From the IMG/VR virus record IMGVR_UViG_3300022744_000020, positions 124,001 to 188,000 of that record: 64,000 bases of DNA; one strand, 5' to 3'. The first letter of the stretch is position 1; each line of letters opens with the position of its first letter. Below, piece after piece: positions 39,498 to 49,024 of the stretch. A program made the translations under genes and the position numbers. The notes beneath the pieces are model-generated. The model was not told the origin of the DNA, made no database searches, and was given only the letters and a program-made list of their open reading frames with translations.

Positions 39498-40867
39498 TGG
39501 AAGATCTTCCGGAATTTGAGATCGAGCAGAGTCCTCTGTACGACGAGTTCATTGACGTGCAGACGAAGTGCCCGAAGGAGAGTCAAAACACATGGCAAGC
39601 CACGTTCCATTTGGGTCAAACCAACACCGAATATCATCCGATCAGTGTGGAGTCGGTTACTTTCAAGCGCGATTACGCCAGTGGATTTGCAGATGAGGTC
39701 ATGCTTATCTGCATGATCCCTTACGGAAAGTACAGTCAAAAAATCTGGCCGAATCGAGACAAGCTAGAGGTCACACTGACGAAGTATCGCTTGAAGGAAA
39801 ACTCCACTGAAATCGATTGGGATGCCGACGTACAAACTGAGCGGTACGGAGTTAAACTCATTGAAGAGCATCCAATTGCGGATATGGCAGATCACGAGGC
39901 AAAGGACGAGTACGCTCTTGACCTGATGTCTCCGCTGCTGCCGATCAAGTTTCAAATCTTCAACAAGAGCGACGAACGTATTCGACAAATTGAGATCGGT
40001 GGGCCCTGGAGAAAGGTAAAATTGGATGTCTTGATGAAGTTGGTGCTGACTCACGAGTCCGGAAAGCTTCTGATTGACAACAAAAAAATAGTAGAGGGGG
40101 TGCAAATGCACCCCATCGGAAATCCAAAAACGTACGAGCAAGTAATTATCCCCCACGGTCTGAGGTTGGTAGATCTGGCTGGTTGGTTGCATAAAGAGCA
40201 TGGTGTTTATCAAGCAGGGATAGGATCCTACGTTCAAAACAAGAACTGGTACATCTATCCACTCTACGACACTAACGTTTATCCAACGCGGAAGAAGACC
40301 CTGACGCTGGTGTTGTTGCCGAGTAAGAAGTTCAGTGAGCTTGAACGAACCTACATGGTGCGTGGAGATACGGTCAAGATTCTTTGTGTTTCGGATAGAA
40401 ACTTCAAAGGCGACACACAGATGAACGAAGCCATTGACGGTGGTGGTGTTCGCTTTACTGAAGCCGATTCTTTCATGGGGAATTTTGGTGAGACAAAAGG
40501 AAACAAGTTTGTTGTCAATCGAAAGAAAAACAACAATGAGTTCTTGTCGAATCAGAATACGCTGAGTACACCGTATGCTCCGGTGAGTGAGAACAACATC
40601 ACGGCCAATCCCTTTGTTCACTATACCGATCTGGCCAAGAGAAAGGGCGGGTTGCTGAGAACCATTTGGCAAAACAGCGAGCCTCGGCTGCTGGAGCCTG
40701 GGATGGCAGTGAAAATACTTTACATGCATGGTCCTGATGTAAAGCAAGCTTACGGGGTTTTGGTAGTGGCTAACCACATGACGGTAAAGGTCGGTGATGT
40801 TTCAATGAAGAAACACATGACTCATTCGGAACTTTGGTTCTTCACGAACATGAAGATCCGAGAATAA
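39497..40867 (+). CDS. Virion structural protein (phiKZ gp101-like, possible baseplate hub)
   Basis: 456 aa; last gene before the hairpin; hub assignment is tentative. Confidence 0.5.
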   Translation: MEDLPEFEIEQSPLYDEFIDVQTKCPKESQNTWQATFHLGQTNTEYHPISVESVTFKRDYASGFADEVMLICMIPYGKYSQKIWPNRDKLEVTLTKYRLKENSTEIDWDADVQTERYGVKLIEEHPIADMADHEAKDEYALDLMSPLLPIKFQIFNKSDERIRQIEIGGPWRKVKLDVLMKLVLTHESGKLLIDNKKIVEGVQMHPIGNPKTYEQVIIPHGLRLVDLAGWLHKEHGVYQAGIGSYVQNKNWYIYPLYDTNVYPTRKKTLTLVLLPSKKFSELERTYMVRGDTVKILCVSDRNFKGDTQMNEAIDGGGVRFTEADSFMGNFGETKGNKFVVNRKKNNNEFLSNQNTLSTPYAPVSENNITANPFVHYTDLAKRKGGLLRTIWQNSEPRLLEPGMAVKILYMHGPDVKQAYGVLVVANHMTVKVGDVSMKKHMTHSELWFFTNMKIRE

Positions 40868-40874
40868 GTCACGA

Positions 40875-40921
40875 ATACCACCCACCACACAGGTATCAAA
40901 GCCTGTGTGGTGGGTGGTATG
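40875..40921. terminator. Long-stem hairpin between convergent genes (stem + TATG class)
   Basis: ATACCACCCACCACACAGG / CCTGTGTGGTGGGTGGTAT, 19 bp, then G. Confidence 0.8.
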
Positions 40922-40930
40922 TTGGGGCAA

Positions 40931-41593
40931 TTACATCGGCTTGAGCGTGAGATCAAACATGATCGCTTGCTTGGCCTTTTCCAGGACCGTGGCCTGATCC
41001 TGGTTAGCGTCGATCATGACCATTCTCGAGTTTTCTCGCGCCTTCTCACGATAGTACCATTGACGGTACAGTTCGTTCGGAGTGATCTTGTTGCTGAAAT
41101 GCTTGTCATCCAGCGGGGTCTTACCACGGGACTCGGCACGCTGCTTGGAAACCGAAGGAAGAACATCCAGAAACAGAATCAGATCAGGTGTGCAATCGAT
41201 GTAGCCGACAACCTTGTCGACATTTTCGATGAGCTCTTCCTGCTTGCCCATGATGCCCTGGTAGACCTCCATGCTCGGGCGGTAACGATCAGCCACCACG
41301 ATCTTTCCTTGTTGGAGAGCAGGTCGAATAACGGTAGAAGTGGTCTGAATGCGGTCAGCGATGAACAACAGCGTCTGAGCCGACGGGTGCAGTGCGGCTC
41401 CAGTAGCTTCGACTTTGTTTTGACTGATCAGGTCACGAATCTGCGGCACGCACGGCTGAAACAGCCCAACAACTGGACGCACTTGGATTTGCTCCAACCA
41501 GTCTTTGAGTTGTCGGGAGAGCGTTGTCTTGCCAGAGCCGTCGGCCCCTTCGACGACAAAGAAGAAACTGCGGGGTTCGGGTTCTTTATTCAT
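40931..41593 (-). CDS. tmk: Thymidylate (dTMP) kinase
   Basis: VVEGADGSGKTT P-loop, LLFIADR, VVADRY, PDLILFLDV, IDANQ. Confidence 0.92.
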   Translation of the reverse strand: MNKEPEPRSFFFVVEGADGSGKTTLSRQLKDWLEQIQVRPVVGLFQPCVPQIRDLISQNKVEATGAALHPSAQTLLFIADRIQTTSTVIRPALQQGKIVVADRYRPSMEVYQGIMGKQEELIENVDKVVGYIDCTPDLILFLDVLPSVSKQRAESRGKTPLDDKHFSNKITPNELYRQWYYREKARENSRMVMIDANQDQATVLEKAKQAIMFDLTLKPM

Positions 41594-42566
41594 TTTCAGA
41601 ATTGGTGGTGGTGATTGGGGATCCGCGATCAAGGTACTTGATCATCCAGGGGTCAAGCTGTGCGTATTGGTTTGGCACGTAGCCGTTGATTCTCAAAATC
41701 GTGAAAGTTGCCAGCGCTTTGGCATGTCGTGTGTCAATGAGCATATTTGCTGCGTCAACACTCAGTCCGATTGTTCTCAAGATCTGGCCATGAAGCTCTA
41801 GCCATGGCCAAGCAATGACATCAAAGGACAGACTGTTCAGAAGGGTTTCTGACCATTCCAAATACAAACTCAGGGTTTGCTTTTCCTCTTGAGTCCATTC
41901 TGATTCGATCTCTTCTTTCTCTCCCCATTTTTCGAGAAAGTCGGCCTTTGCTCGACCTATGGAGATGCCAGAATGGCTCGTATAGGCGATATAACTGCAG
42001 ATGAGTGAGATTGTCTGCTCGTCCCAAATAAACACGCCAGGAGGGCAATAGTGGCCGTAGATGAACCCGCGCAACATGAGCATTCTTCTTCGAATGAGCA
42101 GACTCGCGTTTCTGTCGGGGGTCAGTGGCTCTGAACGACAGTCTTGCAAATAAGCCAAACCCAGTCGAACAAATTCTGAGGCGCTACAGTACCCCACCCG
42201 CTTCATGACCTCCAGGGTATCGAATTCCTTCTTCCAAACATTCAAGCTGGAGGAATAAGACTTAATCTTGAGCTCGTAAATCTGACAGAACGGGGCTTTA
42301 TCTATTCGGCACCAACCGTTACGAGCTTCCACAATGCTGGGCGGATATGGGAAGAAGTCCAGCGCATCCCGGTCCAACGGAATCATGGATGCTGAGGTCG
42401 GCTGAGGTTCCGGTATCGGGGTGGGTTCTATTTTTGGAGTAAAGACTTTGTTCTTTTTCTTTTCTTGATGATCGTTGTACCAAGCAAAGGTCATCTCAAC
42501 GAGCACCCAAGCTACAACTAAAGAAAACAAAATCATGGAAGAAGGATCTGATTCCGAGGAATTCAT
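41586..42566 (-). CDS. Hypothetical protein with N-terminal membrane anchor
   Basis: MILFSLVVAWVLVEMTFAWY followed by a basic stretch; 326 aa. Confidence 0.55.
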   Translation of the reverse strand: MNSSESDPSSMILFSLVVAWVLVEMTFAWYNDHQEKKKNKVFTPKIEPTPIPEPQPTSASMIPLDRDALDFFPYPPSIVEARNGWCRIDKAPFCQIYELKIKSYSSSLNVWKKEFDTLEVMKRVGYCSASEFVRLGLAYLQDCRSEPLTPDRNASLLIRRRMLMLRGFIYGHYCPPGVFIWDEQTISLICSYIAYTSHSGISIGRAKADFLEKWGEKEEIESEWTQEEKQTLSLYLEWSETLLNSLSFDVIAWPWLELHGQILRTIGLSVDAANMLIDTRHAKALATFTILRINGYVPNQYAQLDPWMIKYLDRGSPITTTNSENE

Positions 42567-42648
42567 TTCGTATTTCTCAACTTTTGAGTGACTAAAACAT
42601 AAGCCTTAGTCGTATTTTTATCTTACAGTCAGGACGTTTGCCCTAACC

Positions 42649-43167
42649 ATGAACTCAGACATTTTACTCTTTCCAACCACACATCTGGATGAAGAGCCTA
42701 GCACGCCTAATTATGGCGATTGGGGAACTAATTGGTCATCTGATTTGCGATACGCACTCTCCAGAATACAGGTCCCATTGAGGTACATGTATTTCGGGGT
42801 AAAGAAAACAATTGCTGAAGTCAACGCTGCTGCTCTTTTCGAAGAGATTCTTATTCGCAGAGGACTGCCAGTAATTGTGGTTCCCTTCAATACCCACTTC
42901 ACTCAGTACAAACTGAACTGGGATAGCGGCCTGTTGTTTGAGCTGTGTACTTCTGCACTGCAGGTATTGAGACCACTGGCCACTAATCCCCGGATGGAAT
43001 TTGAATACTTCTACGTCAGTGGTACGAGCATTGCTGAGGACGATTCACTCACAGCCGAGTACGCTGAGAGGATCATGGAGACAATTGAATCCATACAACC
43101 TATACCTGAAGCGATGAAAACTTTAGAGGATCTACTCAAGGACATGCAATGGGTCTTGAGTAACTGA
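42649..43167 (+). CDS. Hypothetical protein
   Basis: 172-aa ORF followed by a hairpin. Confidence 0.6.
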   Translation: MNSDILLFPTTHLDEEPSTPNYGDWGTNWSSDLRYALSRIQVPLRYMYFGVKKTIAEVNAAALFEEILIRRGLPVIVVPFNTHFTQYKLNWDSGLLFELCTSALQVLRPLATNPRMEFEYFYVSGTSIAEDDSLTAEYAERIMETIESIQPIPEAMKTLEDLLKDMQWVLSN

Positions 43168-43183
43168 CGTAGAAATCTGCATC

Positions 43184-43231
43184 ATTCCTACACCACTCCC
43201 TAATCGGGATTGTGGTGTAGGAATTTGTATG
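43184..43231 (+). terminator. Long-stem hairpin (TATG class)
   Basis: ATTCCTACACCAC / GTGGTGTAGGAAT then TTGTATG. Confidence 0.7.
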
Positions 43232-43414
43232 TCTGAATACTTCTAAAACGAATTAGAAGGGGCGTAGAAGGCGATAAAATCAAACCAGACTACACTCGTC
43301 GGTACCGGGTATTTTAAATCGCTTAAAAAGGATTTAAGAAATTTTTGGGCATATATCACCTGTGTGGATCGAACTATTTCTGACCGATCTAACACATCCG
43401 AAAAAGGACGACGC

Positions 43415-43729
43415 ATGCTTGAGAAAATCGATAGCGCGGTGATGTACCGCAAATGTGGACAGCCTGGGGAAACCTTCTTTGTCTATCTCCTGGGACCCTT
43501 TGGTTTTATCTATGCCACCTACGAAGGAGAATCCGGAACCGAGCCGGTTCACCCAGAATGTCCTTTGTGGCCTAATCAAACCGATGCCGCCGGGCTGGAA
43601 AGTGCCAAAGCACTGATCAAGAAGTGGTTGGGATTGGACCTTGGAGAAGAAACGAAAAGCGTCGGCCTTTCGAGCCCTCCTGCTTTACCTCGCTCGTACG
43701 CAAGCCTCTTGAGGAGGGAAGTGAGATGA
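43415..43729 (+). CDS. Hypothetical protein
   Basis: Start MLEKID after AAGGA. Confidence 0.55.
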   Translation: MLEKIDSAVMYRKCGQPGETFFVYLLGPFGFIYATYEGESGTEPVHPECPLWPNQTDAAGLESAKALIKKWLGLDLGEETKSVGLSSPPALPRSYASLLRREVR

Positions 43730-44085
43730 TCTTTGACGCACAAGCGGCAATCAATGCACTGATCGACCACCCGTACCATGAGGTAAATGTCGAGGATCTC
43801 CCGACCAGTAACGAAGCCTGGGACGAGCGCATGGCTAGGCGAGAAAAACTCGGGGAGGAGTTCCACGTAGAACTCAACAAAATTCCTCGCAAGGGACTGA
43901 TCTCCATGACTCGAATCCTTCGGCCAGGGATCAAATACAGCGATCGGATACTGGTTAAGTTCGGACGACAATGGCTTCGAAGTCAGTTGACGCGAAGTCT
44001 GTGCTTTCATGGCTACCACAAAGCCTTGGATCATTCCTTGCAGGTCACTCGCGCTTTGCAAAAGCCTCAGGAACAAGAGCACTGA
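43726..44085 (+). CDS. Hypothetical protein
   Basis: Start MIFDAQ, SD GAGGAGG, ATGA overlap with the previous stop. Confidence 0.6.
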   Translation: MIFDAQAAINALIDHPYHEVNVEDLPTSNEAWDERMARREKLGEEFHVELNKIPRKGLISMTRILRPGIKYSDRILVKFGRQWLRSQLTRSLCFHGYHKALDHSLQVTRALQKPQEQEH

Positions 44086-44110
44086 AACACTCGAACAACG
44101 CCGTCAAAAC

Positions 44111-44139
44111 AGGGAGCTTCACGCTCCCTTTTCTTTTTT
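44111..44139 (+). terminator. Rho-independent terminator (U-tract class)
   Basis: AGGGAGC-TTCAC-GCTCCCT + TTTCTTTTTT. Confidence 0.75.
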
Positions 44140-44149
44140 GTTAGCGGAA

Positions 44150-44191
44150 CATTCCAAATTTCTTTAATCACATATAACCAGTGTGAATCGA
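44150..44191 (+). promoter_or_regulatory. Putative phage early promoter, copy 2
   Basis: TCACATATAACCAGTGTGAATCGA (44168-44191), followed by an AAGAC/GTCTT leader hairpin. Confidence 0.65.
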
Positions 44192-44241
44192 AGACAATCA
44201 CGTCTTGCGATAACTCCCGAAAAAGGGAATTAGGAGCCACT

Positions 44242-44523
44242 ATGATCCTCGTCACCACCTTCGCTCGCGTTCTGACTGAGTCTCTCCTGTTCACGAACCG
44301 CGCGGTTCGCGGGATCAGTGAGTACGAGGCCATGACCGAGTTGTGCCACGCTGCACAGCCCGGGGGGCCGGAATCTGTAACGCTGATCGGACTCCGCCCG
44401 GATGATCTGATCCGGGAGGCGGATACGGTATTCACCGAGGTGGAAGGGTTCAGCCCTCACCTCGTGGGATACTCCAAGATCTACCTCAAGCCTGAGGAAG
44501 GTCCTTGGATCGTGCTGTCCTGA
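44242..44523 (+). CDS. Small early-type hypothetical protein
   Basis: 93 aa, SD AGGAG, downstream of the promoter motif. Confidence 0.6.
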   Translation: MILVTTFARVLTESLLFTNRAVRGISEYEAMTELCHAAQPGGPESVTLIGLRPDDLIREADTVFTEVEGFSPHLVGYSKIYLKPEEGPWIVLS

Positions 44524-44570
44524 AAGGGACAGCACGGAAAAGACAGCAGTAGCGTCTTTTCTTTTTATTC

Positions 44571-44623
44571 TGTTAAAACCGCACTCCAATTATTTTCAGT
44601 CATATATCCTCTCCATGAATCGA
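44571..44623 (+). promoter_or_regulatory. Putative phage early promoter, copy 3
   Basis: TGTTAAAACCGCACTCCAATTATTTTCAGTCATATATCCTCTCCATGAATCGA, followed by a GAAGAC/GTCTTC hairpin. Confidence 0.65.
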
Positions 44624-44676
44624 AGACCTATCAGTCTTCTACTACTTTCCCTAACGGATAACCTGAGGAATTCGAG

Positions 44677-44820
44677 ATGTCTGAGCAACAAATCAAAAAG
44701 AAAAGCACCGTCTGGGGTGGGGCCTTCTGTGCTGTGATCGGTGCAGCAATGGTTGCGCTCGCTACCGTGAAGCTGGTGGCTGTCGCCAAAGAAGGATCCT
44801 CCACTAACGAGGCTCAGTAA
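44677..44820 (+). CDS. 47-aa single-pass membrane protein (not in ORF track)
   Basis: MSEQQIKKKSTVWGGAFCAVIGAAMVALATVKLVAVAKEGSSTNEAQ; SD GAGGA. Confidence 0.65.
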   Translation: MSEQQIKKKSTVWGGAFCAVIGAAMVALATVKLVAVAKEGSSTNEAQ

Positions 44821-44875
44821 GCTCTCCGAGCTTTATTACCAATTGATACTCCCGGTCAAGGGAAAGGAATTTGAA

Positions 44876-45025
44876 ATGTTCGGTACTGCTGTGCGTGTTG
44901 TGCTTTGGGGTCTGGTCCTTGTTCAAGGAGCCCAACTGGTCGTTGGTGGTGTTCAAGCGGCTGCAAAGGGCATGAAGCTGCCCGATGAAGAACCCACCCA
45001 AGACGACGAACTCAATCAAGACTGA
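44876..45025 (+). CDS. 49-aa membrane protein with acidic tail
   Basis: MFGTAVRVVLWGLVLVQGAQLVVGGVQAAAKGMKLPDEEPTQDDELNQD; SD AAGGA. Confidence 0.6.
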   Translation: MFGTAVRVVLWGLVLVQGAQLVVGGVQAAAKGMKLPDEEPTQDDELNQD

Positions 45026-45061
45026 CTCTCTACCAACTCACTCCTGAAGAAAGGAACTCTC

Positions 45062-45289
45062 ATGATCCGCAATTCCGCTGTCACCCGTCCTGCAGCACTC
45101 AACCGGAAAAACCGCAAGGCCGCCAAGATCCGCGAGCGCAATACCGACGCCTGGGTCAAGGACCGCAAGGCTACCCGCGCCGCGGTGCTAGCCATCCAGG
45201 CAGCCCGACAAGGCAAGCCCGACAGCCACCCCTTCACCGACTCCGAGATGGAGATCACATCGAAGTACATCAACCAGTGCAAGGCGTAA
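45062..45289 (+). CDS. Small basic protein
   Basis: 75 aa, Arg/Lys/Ala-rich, strong codon bias, SD AAGGA; followed by a hairpin and T run. Confidence 0.65.
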   Translation: MIRNSAVTRPAALNRKNRKAAKIRERNTDAWVKDRKATRAAVLAIQAARQGKPDSHPFTDSEMEITSKYINQCKA

Positions 45290-45889
45290 CAGCCCGCACT
45301 GGTTGGGAAAGAAAGGCTTGGATAGCTTTCTTTTTTGTTAAGATAAAAAACCTCGTTTTTTAAAAGGGTCCCTTCCCCCCTTTCCTCTTTCTCTTTCTCT
45401 TCCTTTCTTCCTCTCTCTTCCTTCTCCTCTTATAGGTTCCCTTTGGAAACCCTCCTTGATCTCCTCAACCATCTCTCTCTATCTATCTATCTCTATCTCT
45501 ATCTCCTTACCCCCCTACCCCCCAAAAGATATAGATAAACAAAGAAAAAAGAAAAATAAACAAAAAGAAAAAAGAGTTCGAACGAAGGTTCGAAAGGGAT
45601 AAAGACCAAGTATTTTCTTATAAGTTATATGTAATGTTGATTAAAATAGATAAAAAAGAAACACATTGTAGGATTTTATTTGTAAAATAAGAATTTGTGA
45701 GTAAAAAGAAAATCATGTCTTAGGCTTTTGGTTTTGTAAGGATGATGGATGTGGTTAGGGTAGGAAATACTAAACTTGTGTGGCCAAGCTCTGCTTGGCT
45801 TAATCCTCAGGAGATCTTGAGTACGCGCGTGGGCGGCGCGTTTTTATGATGTTGATGCATCGAGTAAGATTTTTAAAGGAGAGTAAGCA
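45290..45889. other. Long non-coding region with polypyrimidine then A/purine-rich tracts (candidate origin or structural DNA/RNA)
   Basis: 63-nt pure C/T run 45369-45431, TCTATC-type repeats, CCCCCCTACCCCCC, A-rich tract ~45524-45575, AT-rich block to ~45720. Confidence 0.5.
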
Positions 45890-46240
45890 ATGAAACGCAA
45901 CAGAACCTTAGGGGACTGCAGAGTTTTGGTGAGTAGAGCAGACGCAGAGAACTTCATGAGCATTACACATTCCCCAACAATGAACTCTTGGGCTAGTCTG
46001 AGTCTAAGAGCTGGAGAAGTAGTGGTGTCAGTAGAGCCTCCTTTGGCTGATTTAATCTTTATCAAGCAAGACTTGAGTTGGATCGTCCGAAGCATGGAGG
46101 ACGGCTCTAGGTTGATTTCATTTGCCAGTGACGGGGAGCTATGCTGCGGCTACTGGGTGAGCCAGATTTTAGTGAAGCCGGATGTAGCCAGGTTTGTTCG
46201 TCCTAATGAACGCTTTTTAGGACATACATCATCCACGTGA
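45890..46240 (+). CDS. Hypothetical protein
   Basis: 116 aa, SD AAGGAG. Confidence 0.5.
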   Translation: MKRNRTLGDCRVLVSRADAENFMSITHSPTMNSWASLSLRAGEVVVSVEPPLADLIFIKQDLSWIVRSMEDGSRLISFASDGELCCGYWVSQILVKPDVARFVRPNERFLGHTSST

Positions 46241-46263
46241 CAAGTACCTAACGGAGTAAATTA

Positions 46264-46683
46264 GTGAGTACACTGCTTAACCCAGCCGAGCTGAGTGAGA
46301 TTGCGTTCTTTCACCCGGTGAGCAGCAAGGTATGGCTGATGGATGCCACCGAGCAAGAAAAGGAACATTACCGAAGATTCAAGGCGTGTCCTTGGGGGTG
46401 TGTGAAAAGGCTGTTTCCTTTACCGGACGGACAGCTATCAACCAAACTCATCACAATTAATTCTTTCGGGAGCAAGAATCGATTGGGCATGCACGATTAC
46501 TTGATATTCGGCTACGACAACCACGCATGTCCTCCCGGAGTATTCCGCCCGACGGTAAGCGGCTACGCTGCTGTGGGTAAAAGCACATCCCTGTTAGAAA
46601 TCTGGCGTCACAAACCGTACGCGGTAGAGCAAATGCTCAAAGATCTTGTCTCCGTGCACTATCAAATCTGCCCTGAACTCTGA
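46264..46683 (+). CDS. PWGC-family hypothetical protein, copy 1
   Basis: LLNPAEL...RFKACPWGCVK...IFGYD. Confidence 0.65.
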   Translation: MSTLLNPAELSEIAFFHPVSSKVWLMDATEQEKEHYRRFKACPWGCVKRLFPLPDGQLSTKLITINSFGSKNRLGMHDYLIFGYDNHACPPGVFRPTVSGYAAVGKSTSLLEIWRHKPYAVEQMLKDLVSVHYQICPEL

Positions 46684-46692
46684 GGAAGCACC

Positions 46693-47064
46693 ATGACCTA
46701 CACCCTACTCACCCCGGAAGAACTTCGTGACATTGACTTCTACGTCCCTTCCTTGGAAGATCCTGAATTGAATCCTGCACGACTGAAGTGTGCCGAGAAG
46801 TTCAAGACCAACCCCTGGGGCTGCGTCAAGTTCGTTGACCGCAAGTCCGGAAAGACGAAGTTCTTGTCGGTCGATTCGTTCAGCAGCAAAACCCCTGGCC
46901 GCACCAACGTGGTTGTCTACGGGTTCGAAGAACTGGACGGTCAGTACAACCCGATTGCGTTGGGAATTCTGACCCACGATGCCATTCGCACATTGACTGA
47001 AGTCTGGGAGAAAGATCCTTCTTCGGTTCGGTTCCTGGTGAAGTGCCTCTCGACGCTTTACTGA
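46693..47064 (+). CDS. PWGC-family hypothetical protein, copy 2
   Basis: LLTPEEL...KFKTNPWGCVK...VYGFE. Confidence 0.7.
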   Translation: MTYTLLTPEELRDIDFYVPSLEDPELNPARLKCAEKFKTNPWGCVKFVDRKSGKTKFLSVDSFSSKTPGRTNVVVYGFEELDGQYNPIALGILTHDAIRTLTEVWEKDPSSVRFLVKCLSTLY

Positions 47065-47083
47065 AGCATCCAAGGAGTTAGAC

Positions 47084-47491
47084 GTGCCGCCTAAATTCAT
47101 CAAGCTTCTCACACCGCAAGAAATCCAAGCGATGGGGTTCAATAAAGACAGATCCCATCAGATTCTCCCCGATTTGGCCGCTCATTATCAGCGATTCTCT
47201 ACAAACCCGTGGGGTTGTGCGCTGATCGAGGTGGACGATCGCGGCGTTGTTGGAAACAAGGTAAACAAATATCTCAGCATCGACACAGTTGCACGCGGGG
47301 ACGATGGGGTTCTGCATTGGCTGGTTTACGGTTACGATGACTTTGGATGTCAAGAAGGAGAATATCGCCCCATTACGGTATTGGAAGCACCCGCTTACGC
47401 GGAAATACTTCAGCTCTATCAAGAGCATCCAAAGCTTTTGACGAACCTGTTAGAAACCCTCCATTTGAACCTTGGCCAGATCTTTCTTTGA
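47084..47491 (+). CDS. PWGC-family hypothetical protein, copy 3
   Basis: LLTPQEI...RFSTNPWGCAL...VYGYD. Confidence 0.7.
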   Translation: MPPKFIKLLTPQEIQAMGFNKDRSHQILPDLAAHYQRFSTNPWGCALIEVDDRGVVGNKVNKYLSIDTVARGDDGVLHWLVYGYDDFGCQEGEYRPITVLEAPAYAEILQLYQEHPKLLTNLLETLHLNLGQIFL

Positions 47492-47501
47492 TCGCTCAAT
47501 C

Positions 47502-47864
47502 ATGATTCCTTCCAACTCCCCCATTCTCTTTGGTTCTCTGCTGCGTACGCTGGAGAACATGGATCCTGATGCTGAAATACAGCACCTGGCATTTCCCCAC
47601 AGTTACCGTGGCTACCATGAAGACCTGGCTCTCGAGCTGATTCCGGGTGAGCGCATGCTCGCCAAGAATCTCCATGTGGTTCTGAAAAACTTCTACGCCG
47701 AACTGATCGACGGAGAGATGCCAGGACACAAAGGAGGATCGCATGAATTCTCCTACAAGAGCCGCGTCTGGGTGGTTTACGAAATGGGACAACTTGCGTC
47801 CTATGCTTTTCTGGGGTTCAACCCTGACGGAGACGTGCTTTTCTCGGAGGTTGAGATTAGCTGA
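47502..47864 (+). CDS. Hypothetical phage protein
   Basis: PHSYRGYHEDLALE motif; 120 aa. Confidence 0.6.
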   Translation: MIPSNSPILFGSLLRTLENMDPDAEIQHLAFPHSYRGYHEDLALELIPGERMLAKNLHVVLKNFYAELIDGEMPGHKGGSHEFSYKSRVWVVYEMGQLASYAFLGFNPDGDVLFSEVEIS

Positions 47865-47960
47865 AGAATACCAATCCATCACCAGTAGGAGTCCCCACGA
47901 AAACAAAGAACTAAAATCTTCACCCGTCCTTAAACCAACCGATCCAACAGCGAAACCATC

Positions 47961-49004
47961 ATGACCAATCCGACCACCCCCATTGTATCCACCAACGAAC
48001 GCGTGCACTTCCTTGAAGGCTTTCAAGACATTCTCGCTAATCCTCCGACGACGGGCAGTCTCGTTCGGACCTGGGTTCCGGCCGGCGACAAAAGCGAGAA
48101 CATCGTCGCCCGGTGCAGTAACGGCCTGCTTTTGTCGTTGTCGTTCCTTCATCGAAACGATTTCACGGCGACCATACTGAACCGACCCGAAGACGTCTTG
48201 CCCAAGACGATCTCCGGCTGCGTTCGCCTGATCAGCGTCCAGTATGTGATCGAGGTCAGCTCGTCTGCTGCCGATGAACCACAACTGGTGGCACTGCCGA
48301 CCGCACTCCCCGGACAGGCCGCAGAGGTGTTTGACGAGTACCTGAGTCGAAATGCACATGTGCTCAACCGCGTTGCTTTGGTCGGCCGAATCTTCGAAGT
48401 GATGTTTCACGAATTTGAGACGAATGTCAACTGGGAGGTCAAGAAAAAGAAAGACATTCCGGAACATGTGCTTCCGTGCCTTCCCGAATCCTGGGATCGC
48501 GTGGTGATCATGTACGAGACCCGGCAGGTTGATCCGTTTGCTACAAGTCTTGAAAAGAGGCCCTACTTCCTGCGCTTCTCTTTTCCAGGAATTTTCGGGA
48601 CCCACGTCTGTCGCATCTTGAACGGTCGCCGCATGGAAGAGTTGGTGCAAACCGTCGGCTTTCACCCGCCGCCGAGGGTGAGCACCCTCCAGATCTCGCC
48701 ATTCTGGATTCTGCCCCGCCGCCCGATCCAGTCTCTCACGATCTCCTACGACTCGACTGAAGCGGGGAAGGAGGATTCCGGAATTTGGGTTCAGTCCAAC
48801 GAGCAACCCAAACGGATCAATTTCCATTTCCTGGAGATCCGCGCACCCAAAGAAGTCAACGTCTGGGTGGGAGCGATAGAGGATTACTGGGGAGAGAAAA
48901 TAATCCCGGATGGTCTCTGCTTCGCCCTGCGTAACCCCACGGCGGAAGACTTCACTCAAACTGCCCTCGCTATGGAGATCGACGTCGAAATCAAAGAGGT
49001 TTAA
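47961..49004 (+). CDS. Hypothetical protein
   Basis: 347 aa, codon-biased; the longer antisense ORF is its shadow. Confidence 0.65.
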   Translation: MTNPTTPIVSTNERVHFLEGFQDILANPPTTGSLVRTWVPAGDKSENIVARCSNGLLLSLSFLHRNDFTATILNRPEDVLPKTISGCVRLISVQYVIEVSSSAADEPQLVALPTALPGQAAEVFDEYLSRNAHVLNRVALVGRIFEVMFHEFETNVNWEVKKKKDIPEHVLPCLPESWDRVVIMYETRQVDPFATSLEKRPYFLRFSFPGIFGTHVCRILNGRRMEELVQTVGFHPPPRVSTLQISPFWILPRRPIQSLTISYDSTEAGKEDSGIWVQSNEQPKRINFHFLEIRAPKEVNVWVGAIEDYWGEKIIPDGLCFALRNPTAEDFTQTALAMEIDVEIKEV

Positions 49005-49024
49005 GACCTAGAAAAATTACATAT

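Noticed and set aside
45369-45580. CRISPR array or coding microsatellite
   Set aside because: No repeat-spacer periodicity and no start codon for the open frames; low-complexity sequence only.
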